The notes beneath the pieces are model-generated. The model ran no database searches. It had not been told where the DNA came from and was given only the letters and a program-made list of their open reading frames with translations. The position numbers and the translations under genes are program-made. This document shows, piece after piece, positions 57,339-64,000 of a stretch of 64,000 nt of DNA (within the stretch, counting starts at the first letter, position 1; each line of letters starts with the position of its first letter). The DNA is from a virus (lineage: Duplodnaviria > Caudoviricetes), in the IMG/VR virus record IMGVR_UViG_3300028805_003982; one strand, 5' to 3'.

Positions 57339-58427
57339 ATGCCTAATTTAAGAGATAAAGAACATGAAGCGTCATTTAAGAGAATGCCGGACGGAACCAT
57401 TAAAGTGCGGGATGTAAAAGATATCAATCTTTTTACACTCCGTAAGTTTGAGGAATCCCATCCCATCGAGCATGTCGAAGGCGGGCGCGTGGCATTAAGC
57501 CAGATCAAAGAGGTTGTTAAGTATTTCATAGACCGCGATTCAGACGGTTATTACAATCTTAACGCAGCCTTTGCGTTTGCCCTGGATCAGCCTCTGTTGA
57601 TGAAGTCCTTTTATATGACGGGATTAAGCAAGCTGGAACCAGTTTCCTATGCCTACGGAGTCAAGGGGGATAACACCTATTTTGGCGTTTCAGTTCCTCC
57701 GAAGTTCTATGTTTCGTCCGCAAGGCCGTACAGTATGCAGGAAATAACAGGGCTTGATGACCTTGCTCCGGTAGGCGTCGATGTTTGGGAAAAGGAGAAA
57801 AACAGGGTTGATCCTGAAATGTGCCAGGTTATAGAATCTTTCTATTCTGACATGCTGGAGAAGTTTGAAAAGCCCCGCATCTTCTTTGATATGGACGGCA
57901 CTTTGGTCCGTTGGGAAAACGATTGGAGCATGGGTCCTTTCGGAGTTAAAGCTTGGAAACAGCCCGGATTTTTTGAAAGCTGCGCACCTCATAGGGCAAT
58001 GGTATCCCTTTGTAATGCACTTGTTGAAGATGAAAGATATCAGGTCTTTGTTCTGACGGCAACTAACAAGGTTCCTCATGCCGTCGATGAGAAGATCAGA
58101 TGGTGTAAGAAATACATCCCCGGTCTTTATTCAGATCATGTGCTTTGTGTTGAAGACGGAGTTATGAAAGGTGCGGCCATAAGACCGGATACTAAGACAA
58201 TGGTGTTTGACGACTACCATAAGTCTTTACAGGGTATCAAGAATGCATATACCAAGGAATCCGGCGAAGCTGTGCTGGTTCAAGTTATCAACAATCTTAC
58301 TATTCCCTCAGATCCCGTAGTCAGTCCTATAACATGCAGTACGGACAGAGGACTGAAGATATCGGACATTGACAGGCTGTTGAAGGTGGATAATTCTTTC
58401 GGAGGTGGCGGATATGGGTCTCTTTAA
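57339..58427 (+). CDS. Protein with C-terminal HAD 5'(3')-deoxyribonucleotidase (NT5C-like) domain
   Basis: IFFDMDGTL, PGFF...P, FVLTA, EK..W...Y.P, K and FDDY. Confidence 0.75.
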   Translation: MPNLRDKEHEASFKRMPDGTIKVRDVKDINLFTLRKFEESHPIEHVEGGRVALSQIKEVVKYFIDRDSDGYYNLNAAFAFALDQPLLMKSFYMTGLSKLEPVSYAYGVKGDNTYFGVSVPPKFYVSSARPYSMQEITGLDDLAPVGVDVWEKEKNRVDPEMCQVIESFYSDMLEKFEKPRIFFDMDGTLVRWENDWSMGPFGVKAWKQPGFFESCAPHRAMVSLCNALVEDERYQVFVLTATNKVPHAVDEKIRWCKKYIPGLYSDHVLCVEDGVMKGAAIRPDTKTMVFDDYHKSLQGIKNAYTKESGEAVLVQVINNLTIPSDPVVSPITCSTDRGLKISDIDRLLKVDNSFGGGGYGSL

Positions 58428-58938
58428 GAAACTTATAAAAAAGAATCGGCCTGCCGAACCGAAAGAAACTGCTAATGATGAAGCAATCAAGGAGACCTCT
58501 ACAGAAACTGCTGCGGAGGTTTTTCCTTCTGAGGATACGTCTGAAGCAGCTAAAGCACTGTTTGCTATTCAGCAGGGTGGAAAGGGCAGAAGGCTTGAGG
58601 TCGGTATTGAAGAAGTTATTACCCCGATGGTCTTTGAGGATGAAGAAGAAACTCCGGAGCTCTACAATCCGATAGAGGAATTTTCATTAGACCCCGAGAG
58701 TAACACTTATATGGCGAAAAAGAGCTCATCTAAGGAAACTCTTGCAGAAGATAAGTCTCAGTTTGATTGGGAAAAGAATCAGGGTTTGTTGGACTTAAAC
58801 AATCTGGTTGATGCAAAGGCAGAAGACATACCAGATTCGGATGGAGATGCAGGTTCTGATACTGATGCTGATTATGATGAAGATGATGACGATTCGGAGG
58901 GTTCTTCTTATTCTGACGGGGACCCTGATTTTGATTAA
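58414..58938 (+). CDS. Acidic hypothetical protein
   Basis: GGAGGT RBS; D/E-rich tail. Confidence 0.6.
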   Translation: MGLFKKLIKKNRPAEPKETANDEAIKETSTETAAEVFPSEDTSEAAKALFAIQQGGKGRRLEVGIEEVITPMVFEDEEETPELYNPIEEFSLDPESNTYMAKKSSSKETLAEDKSQFDWEKNQGLLDLNNLVDAKAEDIPDSDGDAGSDTDADYDEDDDDSEGSSYSDGDPDFD

Positions 58939-58954
58939 TGGAGTATTGATGTAA

Positions 58955-59938
58955 ATGGCTACCAGTAAACTTTGGGCAGTACACAACAACGTGAGTTCAA
59001 CGCTTTCGTATGTTGAAGATAAAGAGAAGACACAGGCTTCTCTATCTGAACTTGTCCCAAATGTTACTGATGGCATCAAGTGCGAGGGTGGAAGGCTTTT
59101 AGCAGGTATTAACTGCGATCCTGCGACGGCCGTCGAGGAGATGAACCGGATCAAAGAAAAGTTCGGTAAGACTGACGGAGTAACTGCATATCACGGGTAT
59201 ATCAGTTTCGGACCGAAAGACGGCTTATCTCCTGTTGATGTGCTGGAGGTATCACGTCAGATTGCTAAAGAAATGTGGGGTGACCGCTTTCAGGTGCTCT
59301 TAGGCGTTCATACCAACACCGGAACGCTGCATTGTCATTTTGTCGTTAACTCCGTTTCGTTTGTTGACGGAATGAAAGCCGCGGATAATGAACACAATTA
59401 TTACTATATGAGAAATGTGGTAGACAGGATCTGCAAAGAAAATAATCTGTCCATTGTGGAACCGTATTCAAAGCCGAATATCCCGGACGGGGACGTTGCG
59501 TACGCAATAGCTTTGGCTTTGTCGGAAGGAGCGGGGGACGTAGAAAAGACCGCTGTTGAATTAGCCAAGTTCGGTATCAAAGTAGTTGGCGAGGATAAAG
59601 TCAGAGCGCCTAACGGGAAAACGTATTATACGACGTCGTTTGACGATTCATTTCATGTAGAACGTCCGGAAACCAAACCTGCCATCAATTCGATCGGCGT
59701 TGGGGAAACACCTGTCTTGGATCTCAGTAATATGGGTAAGCCTATGGCAGAAGAGGATAAACAGATCAAGCCTGTCGGCGGCAAGACCGCAAGCACCAAT
59801 GTTTCCGGCAGTAAGCATGATATCGCTCACGGTAGGGATCTGGGTAGTGAAGAGGTTCAGCCTTCCGTCTCTGAATCCGAGCCGGGCATTACGGACGACG
59901 CTTCGGACGATCTTTTAAAGTCTGGGCTGAATCCGTAA
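58955..59938 (+). CDS. MOBP-type relaxase (short)
   Basis: MAT.KLWAV...SYVEDKEKT, GINC, AYHGYISF, HTNTGTLHCHFVVNSVSFVDG. Confidence 0.88.
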   Translation: MATSKLWAVHNNVSSTLSYVEDKEKTQASLSELVPNVTDGIKCEGGRLLAGINCDPATAVEEMNRIKEKFGKTDGVTAYHGYISFGPKDGLSPVDVLEVSRQIAKEMWGDRFQVLLGVHTNTGTLHCHFVVNSVSFVDGMKAADNEHNYYYMRNVVDRICKENNLSIVEPYSKPNIPDGDVAYAIALALSEGAGDVEKTAVELAKFGIKVVGEDKVRAPNGKTYYTTSFDDSFHVERPETKPAINSIGVGETPVLDLSNMGKPMAEEDKQIKPVGGKTASTNVSGSKHDIAHGRDLGSEEVQPSVSESEPGITDDASDDLLKSGLNP

Positions 59939-59987
59939 GATCGTGTTATAGATAATAGTTAATAACAGTGTAAGTGAGGAATATAAG

Positions 59988-60455
59988 ATGGCAAAGAAAC
60001 ATGCTCCGGATTGTCCGTGTTGCGGAAATGGTCTGGTCTATTCCTATGATGGGGGGCCGGTATTGTCTAAGGATTGTGTTATCACATGCAATACATGTCA
60101 CACGGAATATAAACTATCTAAACTTGAGGTTATAGCTTTGGATGATTATATGTCCAAGGGTTTAGAAGCAAAAGCGGTTAATGTTTTGTTACACAAGGAC
60201 CAGTTGGACCAGTTTTTTACAACTGTTCCTCATCTGCCGGTCGATCCGGTTGTCAGGCAGGAAGAGCCCAAAAACCTTTCAAGTGGTGAATCGGAGGATT
60301 CTTTGAACGATCCGTTTAGTTGGGATAATACTACCAAGCGCAATGCTCAATGGGCATTTGGTGCGGCTAATCCGGATTCGGTATGTAGTTTAGATGGTTC
60401 TTTAAATCCGTTTTATACACCGCCCGGAACAAATAATGATGATCATGTTTTATAA
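59988..60455 (+). CDS. Zinc-ribbon protein
   Basis: CPCC...CNTC near the N-terminus. Confidence 0.6.
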   Translation: MAKKHAPDCPCCGNGLVYSYDGGPVLSKDCVITCNTCHTEYKLSKLEVIALDDYMSKGLEAKAVNVLLHKDQLDQFFTTVPHLPVDPVVRQEEPKNLSSGESEDSLNDPFSWDNTTKRNAQWAFGAANPDSVCSLDGSLNPFYTPPGTNNDDHVL

Positions 60456-60468
60456 AGGAGATTAGGCT

Positions 60469-62595
60469 ATGGCTATTGAAGATGCTGCTAAGAGTGTTTT
60501 GTCTAAGGGTAAAAACATATTATCGAATGCTAAAGAAAATGCCGGTGAACTGGTTGAAAAAAGTGCCGGAGTACTCAGAGATAGTGAATCGGACGATAAT
60601 CGCGTACAGCAAATGTCAAGGGCTTTAATAGACGGAACAATGTCTGCCTTTGGGAATGGTGGTGCCGGTACTCCTTTGGACGACATGGAAAGGTCTTTAA
60701 CTCATGCCGCTCAGGGTGCGGCTAATATGAGTATTGCTGTTGCAACAATGGGTATGCAGCAGTCTAAAGCGCTGGTTTCCAGAACCGTTTCTTACGGACC
60801 TGCTATTTTTGGACTTTTGGGGTTAGGGTCATTGCGGTATTTAGCCCGTAAAAATAATGATCAAGTGGTAACGTATAATATACGTCAGTATACTTCAAGC
60901 GGCAATATCTATGAAAAGGCGTTTGATACAATCAAAACAGCCGGGTTTGATATCGTTGCCGAAAACGGCGCTTTGAGGGTTGATCGTGTTAAGCTCGATC
61001 GCAATCTGATGGGGATGTCCGGCGCTGACGTAATGAACTGGCGAGGCGTTGCAATAGATTATAATACGATGCAGGACGCTTCGGGGCAGTTGGGTTTTAT
61101 GAGTGCCTCAGTAGCGGCTTTAGACCATTATGCGGATTCGTTAAAGGATTCGTTAAATGTATTACCTGAAGACAAATATAAGAGTTTTAAGGAGAATTTT
61201 GACCCTAATGCGATAGGGACTATTGAAGATTATAAGAAAGAACTTGCCGGTGTGTTTGAACAGTGGGACAAAAGAACCGCGGCTGCTAACATTCAGGCAT
61301 TACAGGATGCTGAAAACAGGGCGGTAATTAGCATTCGCGGTCCTGTCATGGACATGGGTTATGAAAAAAATGTTACCATAGGTGATTTTGTTCATCTGCA
61401 GGATAAATTGGATGTTGAACGAGCTTCCATTGTTAAGGATTTTGGAGACAGACTTCAGATGTCCGGAGCCTTTTCTCCTGAGCAGATCACAGAACTTACA
61501 GACGGTCTGGACGGTAAGCTCAAAAGTGCACAGAGCTTATTTGCAAAACAGTGCGATCCTGATCAGGATGGCACCGGGCCTCTTTTTGAGTTTGCTAATC
61601 CTGCTATTGATTATTCGCATGAACAGTTTGTTGAGGATGTATCTCCTTTGCTGGAGAATTTAAGTGATTCCTGGAAGAAATCTCTTAATGAATCCGTTGG
61701 GAAGGCGCAGGTTATTGAAAATGAGCATATTGCTCAGATCGATCCTAAAAACGCAGCTCAGGAATACTTATCTTCTGTTGAAGAGAAATTAAAAGACGCT
61801 CTGCCGGTTTCAGAACATCCTTCATTGTGGAAAAACGGGGAGTTTAAAAACCCGGTACAGTCAGAGGTCTTGTTGTCTGAGGCAGACGGACAGAAGAGTT
61901 GTCACGTAGAGTTCTACTTGGACGGGATTACAAATAAAGATCTTAAGGATAAGATCAGCAAGGTTCTTGCTGAAAAGGAAGTGGATGCACATAGATTTGA
62001 TCGTTCTTTGCGTATGGCAGATGGTGGATGCAGCGGTGATCTGATGAAGCATATCAAGCATGAATTCCAGCAGGATATGAACAAATATAATTATGAAAAC
62101 GGTGTTAAAGTTCCTTATAGTCTGAAGTTTGGAACAGGACCGCAGGGTGGTGAGATCCGTGTTAAGAGTTTGAGCAAAGAATCCGCAGAAGCTCTTGCTT
62201 TTGCAGGAAGCCGCGGCTTGCTGGCAGAAAAGGATAAAGCATTTACTTCGTTGCTCATGCCTGAAAAGGAATTCAGAGAAGCCTGCGCTGACAGGCATTT
62301 AACGGTATTTAGCGCGAAACTGCCCGAAAGGGTTCATCCTAATTGGCGTATGGATGACGCGGAAAGTACCCCGTACGATACGAATGTGGCACAGTTTATG
62401 AGGGACCAGATCGGCAGCGATCCTAGTGCCAGACGCGGTCAGATATCGTTTGCCATTGAAGGCGATACGATTTTCTTTACCGATAATGGAAAGCCTTTTG
62501 TAAACGATGCGATCGAATTGGCTCAGTTTGGCGGACGCGTTGCCAAAGCTCCGAGACTTATTCAGAACGGTGTAGAAGGAGGTCATGGATTATAA
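60469..62595 (+). CDS. Large hypothetical protein with one hydrophobic segment (transfer region)
   Basis: AAGGAG RBS; 708 aa; no recognised motif. Confidence 0.7.
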   Translation: MAIEDAAKSVLSKGKNILSNAKENAGELVEKSAGVLRDSESDDNRVQQMSRALIDGTMSAFGNGGAGTPLDDMERSLTHAAQGAANMSIAVATMGMQQSKALVSRTVSYGPAIFGLLGLGSLRYLARKNNDQVVTYNIRQYTSSGNIYEKAFDTIKTAGFDIVAENGALRVDRVKLDRNLMGMSGADVMNWRGVAIDYNTMQDASGQLGFMSASVAALDHYADSLKDSLNVLPEDKYKSFKENFDPNAIGTIEDYKKELAGVFEQWDKRTAAANIQALQDAENRAVISIRGPVMDMGYEKNVTIGDFVHLQDKLDVERASIVKDFGDRLQMSGAFSPEQITELTDGLDGKLKSAQSLFAKQCDPDQDGTGPLFEFANPAIDYSHEQFVEDVSPLLENLSDSWKKSLNESVGKAQVIENEHIAQIDPKNAAQEYLSSVEEKLKDALPVSEHPSLWKNGEFKNPVQSEVLLSEADGQKSCHVEFYLDGITNKDLKDKISKVLAEKEVDAHRFDRSLRMADGGCSGDLMKHIKHEFQQDMNKYNYENGVKVPYSLKFGTGPQGGEIRVKSLSKESAEALAFAGSRGLLAEKDKAFTSLLMPEKEFREACADRHLTVFSAKLPERVHPNWRMDDAESTPYDTNVAQFMRDQIGSDPSARRGQISFAIEGDTIFFTDNGKPFVNDAIELAQFGGRVAKAPRLIQNGVEGGHGL

Positions 62596-63440
62596 TGGAT
62601 CAGAATGAAAAAACAACATGTGCTCAGGGTACTATCTTAAACTGCATCGGTCTTCAGGTAGAAGGCGGGGTAACGGCCGTTACCTATACATACAAGCTTT
62701 TTAAGAGCTATATAGAAATGCAGAAGAATACAGGTACTCTTTGTAAAAAGAGCATCAATGAAGAGCCTCTTGCCGTAAAGGGCAGACATACGGACTTGCT
62801 TTGCATCCTGGTCGATTCGGAAAGCGAGCTGAGTCTTACATCTACTTTAAACGGCTTTGGTATCGACTTTAACGTGGCTACGTCAAGGGATGTGCCTTAC
62901 ACACTGTATGTGGTGTCTGAGCCTGTTGCGACTGAAAGAGCTATTCAGAGCACCGGCGCAAAGATCGTATCGTACTGCTATCTGTCTGTTAAGGATATCG
63001 GGCTTCCGGACAGGCCGGAGGTTGATTCAGAGAGTGAGTACGTGGGAATCGTGCGTGGGGTGGGGGTAGACGGCTATTTTGATCCGGACATATACTGGAA
63101 AGAGATGGCGGATATCGGGTCACGAGTAGCTGAATGGTATGTTAAAGCAACTCCGGAGCAGAGAGAAGGTCTGAGAGCTGAAACAAAATCATTAGACGAT
63201 TTGGCTAAGGAAGCTCGGGAGTATGTGACTGCTATAGAAAACGGGCTTACACCTCCTTCTCAGTTGGCGCAGGAACCCATAGACCCGGATGCTGATCAGG
63301 AATATGGTGTTACAGCGGGGGCCGGTGTTTTGGGAGAAAAAATACTGATCGCGGTTCAACAGGAAGTGGGTAATATAGGCAATACATTAACAAATTACGA
63401 TGACACAATAGATCTTTCTGAGCGAGCGCTTGGTATGTAA
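62595..63440 (+). CDS. Hypothetical protein immediately upstream of the coupling protein (PcfB-like position)
   Basis: AGGAGG RBS and TAATG coupling; the family guess rests on position only. Confidence 0.6.
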   Translation: MDQNEKTTCAQGTILNCIGLQVEGGVTAVTYTYKLFKSYIEMQKNTGTLCKKSINEEPLAVKGRHTDLLCILVDSESELSLTSTLNGFGIDFNVATSRDVPYTLYVVSEPVATERAIQSTGAKIVSYCYLSVKDIGLPDRPEVDSESEYVGIVRGVGVDGYFDPDIYWKEMADIGSRVAEWYVKATPEQREGLRAETKSLDDLAKEAREYVTAIENGLTPPSQLAQEPIDPDADQEYGVTAGAGVLGEKILIAVQQEVGNIGNTLTNYDDTIDLSERALGM

Positions 63441-63459
63441 TGCGTTTTAATGGAAATTG

Positions 63460-63495
63460 AAATGAACTGTTTTTCGGACGGTTCATTTTATTTTT
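63460..63495 (+). terminator. Terminator-like hairpin directly upstream of the VirD4-like gene
   Basis: AAATGAACTGTT-TTTC-GGACGGTTCATTT-TATTTTT. Confidence 0.7.
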
Positions 63496-63514
63496 ACGAA
63501 AGGAGTGATGCATA

Positions 63515-64000
63515 TTGTTTGAAAAATTGCGTGGCAAACCCAAGGAAACGGTTGATGTGGCTAATGGCGAAGAAAAACGTGTAAAAACTATTCGCTTTTT
63601 TATTTGTACTGCGGTAGTAGTCTTCGTTATCGGTTTTTTGATTGGCGGCTCTGTCGCCACGGGGACTCCGTTTATCGATGCTTTAACCTCATGGCAGTTC
63701 GACTGGGATTTGCTTAATCTATCAACTTTATGGGAACGCTTTAAAATAGCTTTAATAGTAACTACTATATACGCCATATTTCCTCTGACATATCTTGGCA
63801 ATCAAGGTAATTTCCGTTTCGGTGAAGAGTATGGCCAGGCTAAGTGGGCTAACCCTAAAAAGCTTCAGAAGACATATACCAATCTCGAAGATCCGATATA
63901 CAATAAGCTGTTAACGTCGCATGTGCAGATCAGCTATGATAACGAGAAGGCGGCAAGAAACGCCAATACGATTGTTATCGGAGGTTCCGGTGCCGGTAAG
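63515..64000 (+). CDS. virD4: VirD4/TraG-like type IV coupling protein (5' part, truncated by window end)
   Basis: TTG start after AAGGAG; two TM segments, GEEYGQAKW, NKLLT, RNANTIVIGGSGAGK (Walker A). Translated by hand. Confidence 0.88.
   Translation, partial: MFEKLRGKPKETVDVANGEEKRVKTIRFFICTAVVVFVIGFLIGGSVATGTPFIDALTSWQFDWDLLNLSTLWERFKIALIVTTIYAIFPLTYLGNQGNFRFGEEYGQAKWANPKKLQKTYTNLEDPIYNKLLTSHVQISYDNEKAARNANTIVIGGSGAGK

Larger units (their letters stand above)
1..64000 (+). mobile_element. Segment of a large conjugative element (megaplasmid or ICE)
   Basis: Relaxase, T4CP, Toprim/DUF3991 protein, VaFE-sortase pair and TA-like cargo; essentially no core housekeeping genes. No boundaries, integrase or rep gene are visible. 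Confidence 0.8.

Noticed and set aside
4215-63801. Numerous minus-strand and nested ORFs in the track (e.g. 18016-18828, 7759-8430, 63310-63801)
   Set aside because: They are antisense shadows of well-supported + strand genes; 63310-63801 is antisense to virD4.

Overview
This 64 kb window looks like part of a large conjugative element (megaplasmid or ICE) from a Clostridia-like Firmicute. The host assignment is inferred from the sortases, lipoproteins and protein style. Essentially every credible gene is on the + strand. From left to right: (1) a toxin/defence-like cassette block (NADAR, small ORF plus zeta-like ATPase, JAB-like protein plus small partner, HipA-like kinase) punctuated by a 60-bp repeated terminator-promoter unit; (2) a 2083-aa subtilase/T-Q-ester (VaFE) surface protein with a class B sortase; (3) a ~620-nt highly structured ncRNA best matching ROOL; (4) ung; (5) two tandem FCT-type pilus modules (pilin, catalytically dead SipA-like peptidase, class B sortase with an unusual 3-TM tail) plus two paralogous adhesins; (6) lipoproteins and phage/plasmid-type cargo (membrane-anchored GIY-YIG, HEPN-CBS, HD hydrolase, RHH); (7) a third pilus module with a 3221-aa LRR adhesin; (8) the start of a transfer region (Toprim/DUF3991-like protein, MOBP relaxase, VirD4-like coupling protein running off the end). 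The most striking unexplained structure is a 29-bp box found four times, always exactly 19 nt upstream of GT plus a -10 hexamer. In every case it precedes a non-coding stretch ending in an intrinsic terminator, and one of these stretches is the ROOL-like RNA. This suggests an element-specific regulon linking ROOL, small RNAs or attenuators, a surface adhesin and the conjugation operon. All family assignments come from motif recognition by eye; no searches were run.
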